A stretch of DNA of 64,000 nt, taken from the NCBI GenBank assembly GCA_963798975.1, contig CAWCVU010000006.1, forward strand, positions 34,682 through 98,681, written 5' to 3'. The notes beneath the pieces are model-generated. The model was not told the origin of the DNA. It was given only the letters and a program-made list of their open reading frames with translations, and made no database searches. Below, one piece after another: positions 21,668 through 31,125 of this stretch (position 1 is its first letter; each line of letters starts with the position of its first letter). Source of the stretch: an uncultured Gammaproteobacteria bacterium (GTDB lineage: Bacteria > Pseudomonadota > Gammaproteobacteria > JABCZS01). The position numbers were made by a program, and so were the translations under genes.

Positions 21668-22162
21668 TTAAAACTCCGGATCCCAATCCACGATTATGAC
21701 TTTATCTGATAAATCAACGTGTTTAACCACTTGCTGTGGCAGGTATGGAATAAACCGCTCTTTATCACCCTTGACCACTAATACATCATTAGCAGCCGTT
21801 GCAAACAGATAAGCGACCTTGCCTAAACTCACACCCTCTAGTGTTTTAACTTCTAGTCCTTCTAATTCAGTCCAGTAATATTGTCCCTTTGGTAATTTTG
21901 GTAATTGCTCCCTATTTACTTCTATCCGTGCGCCTATCAGTGCACGGGCCGTTTCCATACTTTCATAAGCCTTAAACTGAACTACTAAGCATTTTGAGTG
22001 CACTTCACTCGCAACCCAGGTTAATAGTTCAGGCGGCTGGCCTTTTATTTTAACCAGCCAGGGTTGGTAATTTAAAAGATTCTCTCGCGGCTGCGTATAA
22101 GAATCTACTTTTAACCAACCATTAACACCGAATAAACCGGTAATTCGCCCAACTTCAATCAT
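21668..22162 (-). CDS. rimM: 16S rRNA processing protein RimM
   Basis: 164-aa ORF ([18 protein letters not shown]-barrel C-terminus) in the canonical rpsP-rimM-trmD-rplS order. Confidence 0.9.
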   Translation of the reverse strand: MIEVGRITGLFGVNGWLKVDSYTQPRENLLNYQPWLVKIKGQPPELLTWVASEVHSKCLVVQFKAYESMETARALIGARIEVNREQLPKLPKGQYYWTELEGLEVKTLEGVSLGKVAYLFATAANDVLVVKGDKERFIPYLPQQVVKHVDLSDKVIIVDWDPEF

Positions 22163-22169
22163 ATAGCAA

Positions 22170-22436
22170 TCATGCGGCCTGTTCTGTAGCCGGCATACGC
22201 TTCATTTCACGTGCCAATTCTGTTACACGTTTAGAGGCCTGTGCACCCACAGAAACCCAATGTTCCATGCGAGCTAAATTCAAACTTAAACGAGGCGCAG
22301 CACCTTGCGCTATGGGATTAAAATACCCTAATTTTTCAATATAACGGCCATCACGACGTTTGCGGCTATCAATGACCACAATACGGTAAAATGGACGCTT
22401 TTTAGCCCCTGTCCTTGATAGACGAATACTAACCAT
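22170..22436 (-). CDS. rpsP: 30S ribosomal protein S16
   Basis: [21 protein letters not shown]. The likely start is the internal Met at 22436 of track ORF 22170..22472. Confidence 0.95.
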   Translation of the reverse strand: MVSIRLSRTGAKKRPFYRIVVIDSRKRRDGRYIEKLGYFNPIAQGAAPRLSLNLARMEHWVSVGAQASKRVTELAREMKRMPATEQAA

Positions 22437-22588
22437 AACTATCCTCTTATTTAAATAACTAACTTTATGCAACCTATTTACCCGCCTATTCTACAGAATT
22501 TATCTGTGCAAGCAAAGGGAAATTCGCACCTGTTTGTGGGATCAATATGCTATTATATTACCCATCCCTTCACCAAACAGAGGTTATT

Positions 22589-23321
22589 ATGTTAAAACGG
22601 ATTTTTACATTAAGTAGTCTTGTATTATTGTCTTATACAGCTAGCGCTGCAGATACACCCAGTGTTGAAACCATGCAGAAGAATTTAAGCAAAGCCATAC
22701 CGGAAATTAAAGTGGAGGCTGTAAAGCCCACACCCGTTCAAGGCTTTTATGAAGTCACCAGTGGTCCTGCTATTTTTTATGTCAGCGAAAATGGACAGTA
22801 TATTTTTTATCGGGGAATTATTAGCACTCGATAATGATAAAGTCGTGAATTTAACCGAAAAAACACGGCAAGCATTTGTTAAAACCGCTTTAGAAAAAAT
22901 TGACCCTAAAACCTTTATCACCTTTCCAGCAACAGATAAAGAAAAAGCGGTTGTTTATATAGGAACAGATATCGACTGCGGCTACTGCCGTAAATTACAC
23001 GAAGAGATCCCTGCCCTGAATGCGGCTGGAATAACTGTACGTTATATTGCCTTTCCCAGAACACCTAAAGGCACCCCTTCTTATGATAAATCTGCAGCCA
23101 TTTGGTGTGCTAAAGATCCTCAAAAGACGATTGATGACATTTATAAAGGAGGGGCTGCACCTAGTAGGCCTGCAGACTGTCAAGATCCATTTGCTTCGCA
23201 TACTGCTTTTATTCAAAGCATAGGCGCAAGTGCAACTCCAGTTATTATTCTGCAAGATGGTCGAGTTATTCCTGGTTATATGCCGGCTAATGATTTGATT
23301 GCCTTGGTGAATAGCAAATAA
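22589..23321 (+). CDS. dsbC: thiol:disulfide interchange protein DsbC; frameshift in a T6 run as assembled
   Basis: Signal peptide MLKRIFTLSSLVLLSYTASA plus an N-terminal dimerisation domain (22589..22834). The thioredoxin domain with the CGYC active site lies in ORF 22749..23321. The frames join at tatTTTTTTatc (22803..22808): GQYIF|IGELLALDNDK. Confidence 0.8.
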
Positions 23322-23334
23322 GTATTTACTTATT

Positions 23335-23375
23335 ATGGTTAGTTGGGTAAAATATAATTTTATCTAACTAACCAT
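23335..23375 (+). terminator. hairpin downstream of dsbC (possible terminator)
   Basis: atggttagtt ... aactaaccat forms a 10-bp perfect stem with an AT-rich, partly paired loop. No strong T-tail follows. Confidence 0.35.
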
Positions 23376-23386
23376 TTAACTTTATT

Positions 23387-24739
23387 ATGCTCTCACAACA
23401 TGCTTTTGTACCGCCAAATAATACCTGCCTGTCTGCGTATTACCTGCATCAAGAGAGTACATGCCCAAGTTTCCCTTACACCTACCCCGTTATTAAAATG
23501 CCCGACAATATAGGTGGCTCCACGCTTTACTGTGAAAAAGTAGCCACTGCATTAAGTGCCATTTCTAATAATGGTGAAACCATAAGCGCGTATAAAGCTG
23601 CTGCAGATGCAATTCCAGGAATGAAAATTTATCTTTGTGAAGGTAATGATACGGGCATTGGCGAACAATTTAATGGGGCATATACCGGTTCCCTAAGAAG
23701 ACTGGCCTTACCACAGTCTCTATTACAAGGTGATAGCAGTACACTAAAAGAAGTATTGCGCCATGAGTACTTCCATGCGGCCTGCCATGCCTGGCATCTT
23801 GCTTTGGATAAAGACACTATCAATGATAAAGATAAAAATAGTCAGCAGCCTTTTATTACAGCAAACCAACAATCAAAATTAATACTTTGGCTCGATAAAG
23901 GAATGCGCGCTTTTAATTTATTTACAAACGCTTATCATGGAACAAAACCTGAAATAAACAGGATAAAAATACAACTTACCCAACAAATTGAAAAACTAAA
24001 GCCAGATTATGTTTTTTGGAAACTACCAAGCTACGCAGGCGTGGATGATATTCTTCTTATCGCTTTAAATCATCTAGCCATGATTATAGATGACGATAGA
24101 CTCAAAAATTATAAAAAAGAAGATGCTTTAAAAGAACAATTAGCATATTTATTTGGAGAAATCCCATCCCCACTACTGGAATATTTATTTCCTGAACTCT
24201 GCAACTATGTGCAGGAAATGTCAAACGCTGCCGTTATACAACAACGCGAAATGTTTATTTTAGAGTCCCCTTTAATCAGTACGAATTATATGTGCGCTGA
24301 TTTTAGGCAAGATCTCCGTGATTATCAATTAACAACTTGGTTGAATCTTAAGGTATACAAGGCTGAGGAGCTTGACCATTTTTTTATTTTTGTAAATTAT
24401 GCGAGCACACATCCAAAAAAAGATTTAATCCGATCTAAAACAAGAGAAGCCTTGTTCAATTTACTCAATAAAAGTCAGGTCATTTCCGATCCAACTAGAA
24501 CTAACCCCATGCTTAATGAAAAAAGACATTTGGCTTATTTATATTCAGCCCGCTTAGCTTTTGAAGATAAAGAATATGACCAAGCCTGTAAATACTACAA
24601 GCTTGCACACAAAAACCCACCCGGTGGATCTATAAATGCAATGCATGAAAGCTTTAATGATGAGGTCTATTATGCTTTTGCATTAAACGAAATCAAGCAC
24701 TATAAAAAATCCAAAAAAATATCTAAACTCTCACAGTAA
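23387..24739 (+). CDS. hypothetical protein with HExxH zinc-metalloprotease-like motif and TPR/Sel1-like C-terminus
   Basis: 450-aa uninterrupted ORF. LKEVLRHEYFHAACHAW contains HEYFH at nt 23762..23776. I see no signal peptide. The C-terminal AYLYSARLAFEDKEYDQACKYYKLA is a TPR-like repeat. Confidence 0.6.
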   Translation: MLSQHAFVPPNNTCLSAYYLHQESTCPSFPYTYPVIKMPDNIGGSTLYCEKVATALSAISNNGETISAYKAAADAIPGMKIYLCEGNDTGIGEQFNGAYTGSLRRLALPQSLLQGDSSTLKEVLRHEYFHAACHAWHLALDKDTINDKDKNSQQPFITANQQSKLILWLDKGMRAFNLFTNAYHGTKPEINRIKIQLTQQIEKLKPDYVFWKLPSYAGVDDILLIALNHLAMIIDDDRLKNYKKEDALKEQLAYLFGEIPSPLLEYLFPELCNYVQEMSNAAVIQQREMFILESPLISTNYMCADFRQDLRDYQLTTWLNLKVYKAEELDHFFIFVNYASTHPKKDLIRSKTREALFNLLNKSQVISDPTRTNPMLNEKRHLAYLYSARLAFEDKEYDQACKYYKLAHKNPPGGSINAMHESFNDEVYYAFALNEIKHYKKSKKISKLSQ

Positions 24740-25930
24740 CTATTTCTGCGCGTGCAACCAATATAATACCGCAAATGATGAGATCCCAGCAAAGAATACG
24801 ATGATAGCAACCGGAATCATCGTGCCATTAAAGAAAAATCCTGCCAGTGCGATTAATGCAGCCATGATAAATAAACGGATACTATTGGCTAATGCTGCAG
24901 CAACCCCTTTTATTTCCGGATATACACTCATATAGTCGCCAAAGAAAATATTCATACTGAGGGCAAAACCACCCGTGAAAATTGCCATCGCTAAGGTAAT
25001 CAATACAGGATTTTGTCCTGCAAATAAAGCCACGGCTAAAAATAAAACGGCGCCAGTAACCGTAATTTTTAAACCCCAACTGCGAGTACGATTGATACCT
25101 AAAGCTTCAATGATATAACCCGATGAAAAACTCACAAAAGCAAAGATCAATAAAATAACCGCTTGATAATAACCATAATGTTCTTGATTCACGCCTAAAT
25201 GATTAATAAAAATCAATGATAAATTGGCTATATAAGCAAAATAAGCGCCGCAAACCCCGCAGATCAAATATAAATTGGCCATCGCTTTGGGATTTTTAAG
25301 CAGCTTCTTATAACTGGTCATAATACTGGGCACATGCATGCGTGGGCGCTGTTCTTTTTCGAGCGATTCCTTTATAAAAATCAGCGAAAATATAAAGGCA
25401 ATAGTAGCGAGCGCTGCGACAAAAATAAAATTAGCGCGCCAATTATAAGTTAAATATAAAAAACTACCCATAATAGGTGCCAAAGACATGGCAAAAGTAA
25501 TAATGCTGTTATAAATACCCAGCATTTTGGCCGCTTTTTCTGGTGTGTGGGTATCATAAATAATAGCCGCGGGCACTACAAAAGCCACTGCACTACCTAA
25601 ACCTTGCATAAAACGCCAGAATAATAGGGCTTCAATACTATTGACCAATACACAGGCAATGCTGCTGACGCTAAATAATAGCATGCCCAATAGTAAAATC
25701 GGCCTGCGACCATAAGCATCGGATAAGGGTCCGTAAAACAAACTCGCTATGCATAAAGCAAAAAAGTTTACGCTAATAATCATTTGCACTTTACTTTCAG
25801 TGGTTGCAAAATAATCTTGCAAGACTGGAAAACTAGGGACAAAAATATCCGTTTCAACTGCTGCGCTGATAATCACTAAAACCACGACTGACATGGTCAA
25901 AAATAATTGAGAAAAAATACGTGTGCTCAT
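24740..25930 (-). CDS. MFS transporter, Bcr/CflA drug-resistance subfamily-like
   Basis: 12-TM profile with GPLSDAYGRRPILLLG (MFS motif A). The likely start is the Met at 25930 (MSTRIF, preceded by GGAG), not the ORF-track start at 26071. Confidence 0.85.
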   Translation of the reverse strand: MSTRIFSQLFLTMSVVVLVIISAAVETDIFVPSFPVLQDYFATTESKVQMIISVNFFALCIASLFYGPLSDAYGRRPILLLGMLLFSVSSIACVLVNSIEALLFWRFMQGLGSAVAFVVPAAIIYDTHTPEKAAKMLGIYNSIITFAMSLAPIMGSFLYLTYNWRANFIFVAALATIAFIFSLIFIKESLEKEQRPRMHVPSIMTSYKKLLKNPKAMANLYLICGVCGAYFAYIANLSLIFINHLGVNQEHYGYYQAVILLIFAFVSFSSGYIIEALGINRTRSWGLKITVTGAVLFLAVALFAGQNPVLITLAMAIFTGGFALSMNIFFGDYMSVYPEIKGVAAALANSIRLFIMAALIALAGFFFNGTMIPVAIIVFFAGISSFAVLYWLHAQK

Positions 25931-26088
25931 AAAAGCTCCATAGAGTTTAGAGTGAAATGTTAAAATATTAGAAAAAACTAGAATCCAGCTGATTGAGCAA
26001 TTATCATCGGGGCACCTGTTAAATTTGAGGTGATAAAAAAATAATATATCTAATTTTGAGAGAACTGTCAAATACTCATAGGTCTTAC

Positions 26089-26128
26089 GAAAAAAATGGG
26101 CGAAAAACTAAATTGCTTTTTCACCCAT
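26089..26128 (-). terminator. rho-independent terminator after the tandem secreted-paralog genes
   Basis: On the minus strand, atgggtgaaaaa / tttttcgcccat forms a stem with one mismatch, followed by T7. Confidence 0.6.
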
Positions 26129-26150
26129 GTTAATCGTCTTAAAGGTTAAT

Positions 26151-26672
26151 CTAGTTTAAAAATAATTCCGCTCTTTCACAAGTGAAATCATTAACAAATC
26201 TAGAGTTATCTTTAGTTAAATTTGTGTATACATGTAAACTTAAGGTAGAAGTACTAGCGCCTTCTGACTCATCATTAATCACATAATCCACAGCACCGGA
26301 TATAATTTCACATTCACCTATCTGCTCAAATACCGGAGTCAGACTATGATGATCATGTGAGGCTTTTGTAGAAACATCAGTTGGTAAATGCAATTGTAAA
26401 TCAACAAGGGCAAGTTCCCAAGAACGGTTAGGGAAACCAGGAACCTTAAACTCTACCGCTTTATCTCCTTCAAACTTAGCCTTAACAAAAGCTGAACCAT
26501 CTATTGCAGTATTAGAAAATATAGCTTGGCCATGGTAATTTCTTAATGGTTCACCTATTTCATCAAATACAACCACTTCAATCGCGGCCGAAGGCCAAGT
26601 AGCTTCTGCAAATGAGGCAACAGAAAATACCGCTGTTAACGCTAAAAATCCTACTTTAGATTTCGTAAACAT
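26151..26672 (-). CDS. small secreted hypothetical protein (paralog 2 of tandem pair)
   Basis: 173 aa with signal peptide MFTKSKVGFLALTAVFSVASFAEA. Shares IGECEIISGAVDYVINDE..GASTSTL with the upstream gene. Confidence 0.6.
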   Translation of the reverse strand: MFTKSKVGFLALTAVFSVASFAEATWPSAAIEVVVFDEIGEPLRNYHGQAIFSNTAIDGSAFVKAKFEGDKAVEFKVPGFPNRSWELALVDLQLHLPTDVSTKASHDHHSLTPVFEQIGECEIISGAVDYVINDESEGASTSTLSLHVYTNLTKDNSRFVNDFTCERAELFLN

Positions 26673-26711
26673 TTCAAAATCTCCTTAAATATGTAATAAA
26701 CTCAAAAATTT

Positions 26712-27263
26712 TTATAATACGGGTGTTATAAAATCTTCTGAATTTTCGCAAACAATTTCATTAATTCTAGTGGAGCCATTTTTATTGAGGACGGTTTTTG
26801 CTACGAAGATTATCGTAGAAGTGCTGTTACCTACGGGTTCACCATTGATTTCATAGCTCACTGCACCAGAGAAGATTTCACATTCACCTACTCTATCAAA
26901 TTGTGGGGTTATAGTATGATTGTCCCATAATGCTGGGTCGGTTTCATTTTTAAAGCCACTAAAAGCAGCCTTGAAGCCATCGGCAACAAGATTCCAACCT
27001 GAAGAATTTTTAGCGCCATCTAAACCAGGGACTGGAAATATAACCACTTCATCGCCTGAAAAATCAATAGACGCACATATGGGTCTAGGGGTTATATCTA
27101 CATTACAAAAATCGACTGTACCATAATAATTATCTATAAATTCGCCACGTTCATCAAGAAAAATAAACTGAAAAGCAGCTTCGTTAGCTTGCATTTGTGC
27201 AAAAGCTGAAACGGAACATAGAGTCGCTAATGTTAAAAATCCAATTTTAGTTTTAGTAAGCAT
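26712..27263 (-). CDS. small secreted hypothetical protein (paralog 1 of tandem pair)
   Basis: 183 aa with signal peptide MLTKTKIGFLTLATLCSVSAFAQ. Shares VGECEIFSGAVSYEINGEPVGNSTSTI with the downstream gene. Confidence 0.6.
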   Translation of the reverse strand: MLTKTKIGFLTLATLCSVSAFAQMQANEAAFQFIFLDERGEFIDNYYGTVDFCNVDITPRPICASIDFSGDEVVIFPVPGLDGAKNSSGWNLVADGFKAAFSGFKNETDPALWDNHTITPQFDRVGECEIFSGAVSYEINGEPVGNSTSTIIFVAKTVLNKNGSTRINEIVCENSEDFITPVL

Positions 27264-27286
27264 GATATCTCCTTAAGTGAATATTA

Positions 27287-27315
27287 ATCAGAACCTAAAA
27301 ATTTTAGGTTCTGAT
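27287..27315 (-). terminator. perfect 14-bp inverted repeat downstream of the DUF308 gene
   Basis: atcagaacctaaaa a ttttaggttctgat. Its position fits a terminator, but the T-tail is weak. Confidence 0.4.
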
Positions 27316-27340
27316 TTTAGTCTTGTCAAATTACTTAACC

Positions 27341-27874
27341 TTATCTTGCAGTGCGTGCTGATAATGCGCTGACGATATAAATCCAACCGGTAAAGATTAA
27401 ATCTATACCAATAAATAAGCCGATAATAAATAATCCGGACATTGGCCATTCGATTAAAATTAATATACCTAAGATTAGCGTTAAAATACTGCTAGCTAAT
27501 CGCCAACCGCGATTGGTGACTTCACGGGTTAAACATGAGAACGTGCGGAATAATCCTAATACGATATAAAAAATCGCTAACAGCAAGGTTAAGGTAATAG
27601 AGCCTGCCAGTGGTCCTTTAATCAGTATAAGGCCTGCGACTAAATACAAAATCCCCATGACTAAATGCATGAAAAATTCGCCCCACTTCCCCCAACTGGA
27701 TTTAAAGCAATCAAAAATAATGACTACGCCACCAATGAATAAGAGTACACCAAAGACTATAACTGAAACCACGCTGGTCACTGTGGCATAGGTAATCGCT
27801 AAAACGCCCAATAATACCAATAAAACACCCCAGGCAAAAAACCAGCCCCAACGATTACTGACTAGATTGTTCAC
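27341..27874 (-). CDS. HdeD/DUF308-family membrane protein
   Basis: 177 aa, six hydrophobic helices. N-terminal NRWGWFFAWGVLLVLLGVLAI is typical of DUF308. Confidence 0.7.
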   Translation of the reverse strand: MNNLVSNRWGWFFAWGVLLVLLGVLAITYATVTSVVSVIVFGVLLFIGGVVIIFDCFKSSWGKWGEFFMHLVMGILYLVAGLILIKGPLAGSITLTLLLAIFYIVLGLFRTFSCLTREVTNRGWRLASSILTLILGILILIEWPMSGLFIIGLFIGIDLIFTGWIYIVSALSARTAR

Positions 27875-27922
27875 AATGATCCTCCTTAATTTGCAAAATA
27901 AATTAAGTATAGATTATAGCGC

Positions 27923-29642
27923 TTACTCTGCCACGTGTTTTATTGGCACATAGCGAGGATGCCAAAGGAGTTTATCGACCAATTCAACAACGGGGACGCC
28001 CTGTCCTACGCGATCGACACCGTCTTTTCTGGCTTGTTCAGCGACACGTTGCGCAATAATATAAGAGGCTTTGCGTGCTTCGCTAAATGCCGGTAATAAG
28101 GGTGCATCTTTATCGGTTAAACTCGGAGAGAGTTCACTTAAGGCTTCACAAGCAGCCCAAAGCATATTATCTGTCACTAAACGCGCTTGAACGGCAAGTG
28201 TACCCAAACCTAGGCCAGGAAATACTAAAGCATTATTACATTGAGCAATTGGATGCAATTTTCCTTTATAATTGACGGGTGCAAACGGACTGCCTGTGGC
28301 TATCAATGCACGACCGTCTGACCATTCGTATAAATCAATTGCGCTGGCTTCACTACGTTCAGTTGGATTAGATAGCGGCATAATAATTGGGTTTTCAACA
28401 TGTTTAGACATTTCTCGCACGATTTTTTCAGTAAATGCGCCAGGCACTGCACTGGTGCCAATTAAAATGGTCGGTTTAATCTGTTCTATCACTTTTTCTA
28501 AATCAATTTTACCTTGATTAGAGCCCCAAGTTGCCACTTCTTGGTGATCCCTTGCATAAATTTTTTGAAAGGATTTTAAAGTCGTACTATTGTCTAAGAT
28601 CAAACCATTACTATCTAACAACCAAAAACGCTGGGTCGCTTCTTCTTCGGATAAGCCCGCACGTTGCATGGCATTTTTAATTTCAGTTGCAATGCCCACG
28701 CCCGCAGCGCCAGCACCGCTAATGACAATGCGTTGATCCGCTAAAGCACGTCCAGTCTTTTTTACCCCAGCTAAGATAGCAGCTAATACTACCGCTCCGG
28801 TACCTTGAACATCATCATTAAACGTACAAAAATCATTTTTATAACGATGTAAAATATGATGCGCAGGGTCACGGCCAAAATCTTCCCCAGTGTAACATCA
28901 CATCTGGAAAATATTTTTTAACAATCTGCACAAATTGATCAATAAACGCATCATACTCTGCACCTTTTAAGCGTGGATGACGCCAGCCGATATACAGCGG
29001 ATCATCGAGTAGTAATTGATTATCAGTGCCCACATCCAACATGATCGGCAAGGTTTTACAAGGATTAATACCACCACAAATAGTATAAACCATGAGTTTA
29101 GCAATGGGGATATCCATAGCACCCACACCCTGATCGCCAATACCTAAGACACCACTGCCATCGGTGGCGACTATTAAATCGATATCGGTATGCGTGCGAT
29201 TAGCAATAATATCTTCCATATGCGCACGATCAGGATAAGAAATATACAGGCCCCGTGGTTTACGAAATTCGCGGCTATATTGTTGTACCGCTGAACCTAC
29301 CGTTGGGGTGTAAATAATGGGCATCATTTCCATTAAATGATCACTAATCAAGCGATAAAATAATACTTCATTACGATCATGGAGGGCATATAAATAAATA
29401 TGGCGACTTAAATCTACGGTATAGCGCCGATATTGTTCATAGGCACGCGCTACTTGCTGATTTAAGGTTTCAATTGCGGCAGGCAATTTCCCGAGTAATC
29501 CAAATTCTAAACGTTCTTGTTCAGAAAAAGACGTCCCTTTATTTAAAAACGATAAGCTGAGCAATAATTTACCTGATAGAGAAGTATCTATCCAGGCTGT
29601 TTGATTATCAAAATCTTGTTTGTATGAAAATAATGGAGGCAT
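27923..29642 (-). CDS. maeA: NAD-dependent malic enzyme; single frameshift in a G4 run as assembled
   Basis: The N-terminal half 28869..29642 has malic-enzyme motifs (IYTPTVG, VTDGSGVLGIGDQG). The C-terminal half runs through 27923..28699 and its frame stays open upstream (FGRDPAHHILHRYKNDFCTFNDDVQGTGAVVLA...SGAGAAGVGIA). The frames join at cacTGGGGaag (plus-strand C-run 28885..28888). Confidence 0.85.
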
Positions 29643-29643
29643 T

Positions 29644-30090
29644 TTATTGTCCTTGAGTCAATCGTTGCAATTCTTGTGTTTTACTAAACAAACCTACTTT
29701 TCCGCGAATAAATAAGGTATTGCCATCTTTTGATAACCAAACGCTCGCATCAAAAATACGTTTGCGCTCTAAAGAAAAGCCATGACCATCCACCCATTTA
29801 CCATTTTTATAGTGTAAATCCCAAAGCATCGGCATATTTTTTAAAGGTTTATCCAGGAATGTTCCGGGACAATTGATACAATTTTGGGGTATGGGTTCGC
29901 CCGCCTTGGGATAAACTTCTACGTAATGCGCGCTGAGGTTGCCATTTTTATCCACGCTAACATGAATTTTTGCGCCGGGGATATTCGTATCTTCATAAGT
30001 GCCCAACCAATCGCCAGCAGGTGTATGTGTTGCGGCAAATGCGGGCGTTAACACTGCAAACAAAAATAAAAAACGTAATATATATTTCAT
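29644..30090 (-). CDS. DUF2147-family periplasmic protein
   Basis: 148 aa with a signal peptide. The pattern PAGDW...C.NCPG...KPL.NM..LWDL...G.W.dG......KRIFDASVWLSKDGNTLFIRG resembles DUF2147. Confidence 0.65.
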   Translation of the reverse strand: MKYILRFLFLFAVLTPAFAATHTPAGDWLGTYEDTNIPGAKIHVSVDKNGNLSAHYVEVYPKAGEPIPQNCINCPGTFLDKPLKNMPMLWDLHYKNGKWVDGHGFSLERKRIFDASVWLSKDGNTLFIRGKVGLFSKTQELQRLTQGQ

Positions 30091-30473
30091 TTGACCACCT
30101 TTAAATCGGGCTTACCCTTACGTTGTGTTGTTTCACCGCCTGTTGTTGCAGGCGGCAGCTCTTCATCTTCTTCACTAAAAAACATACCTCGACCATTTTC
30201 ACTGGCATAAATAGCCAGCACAGCAATGGCGGGTACATAAATATCACAAACACCTTCATTGAAACGCGCACTAAAGGTCACCGCATCATTGGTTATCAAT
30301 AATTCTTCAATGGCATGAGGGCCAACGTTTAAAACAATACGCCCTTCTTTGACATATTGTGGGGGTACATCCACCCCGGGTATTTTAGCATTGACTAATA
30401 AATGCGGAGTTAAGTTGTTATCAACTATCCATTCATATAAAGCGCGAATCAGATAAGGACGACTTGAAGTCAT
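30087..30473 (-). CDS. sspB: stringent starvation protein B (ClpXP adaptor)
   Basis: MTSSRPYLIRALYEWIVDNNLTPHLLV. The start at 30473 forms an ATGA overlap with the sspA stop. The longer track ORF start is spurious. Confidence 0.9.
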   Translation of the reverse strand: MTSSRPYLIRALYEWIVDNNLTPHLLVNAKIPGVDVPPQYVKEGRIVLNVGPHAIEELLITNDAVTFSARFNEGVCDIYVPAIAVLAIYASENGRGMFFSEEDEELPPATTGGETTQRKGKPDLKVVK

Positions 30474-31111
30474 TTTTGGCTCCATGACTGTAATTGTGGT
30501 AATCGCTTTTCTTGTGCTGATAAACTGAGTACAAAACCTTCCTGCGCAAACATGCGTTGGGCATATTTTATAATGGGTTTGGCCTGCGCAGGGAGCACAA
30601 CGCCCAGCATCGGTAATCGCCATAATAAAACACTCAAGGCACTATCAGCAAGTGAATAATTCTCGCTTAAAAAATACGCTTGGTCAGCAAAAATAGCGGT
30701 TACGCTGGTTAAGCCATCTGCTAATAATCGTGACTGCTGCGCTTTAAGGCCTTTATCATCAGTATTTAATATTTTTTCTGCAATGGATATCCAATCATGA
30801 AAAATACGGTAACACAGTAATCGTTTACTGGCTCTAGCAGCTGGATGCGTGGGCAATAAGGTGGGATGAGGAAAACGTTCATCTACGTATTCTGCAATGA
30901 TGCGTGTTTCATACAAAACCACATCTCGGTCTATCAACACAGGCACGTTTTGATAAGGACTTAAATGCAAAACATCTTCAGGCAACTTATTTGAATTCAC
31001 TTCGATAATGTTTACCGGAATATCTTTTTGCGCAAGTACCAGGCGACAAAAATGACTGTTAATGCCCAAGGGATCAGAATATAAAGTAATATTCAGTGTA
31101 TTTGTGGCCAA
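30470..31111 (-). CDS. sspA: stringent starvation protein A (GST-like)
   Basis: 213-aa GST fold (LYETRIIAEYVDERFPHP), upstream of sspB. Confidence 0.9.
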   Translation of the reverse strand: MATNTLNITLYSDPLGINSHFCRLVLAQKDIPVNIIEVNSNKLPEDVLHLSPYQNVPVLIDRDVVLYETRIIAEYVDERFPHPTLLPTHPAARASKRLLCYRIFHDWISIAEKILNTDDKGLKAQQSRLLADGLTSVTAIFADQAYFLSENYSLADSALSVLLWRLPMLGVVLPAQAKPIIKYAQRMFAQEGFVLSLSAQEKRLPQLQSWSQK

Positions 31112-31125
31112 ATGTATGCCTTAAC

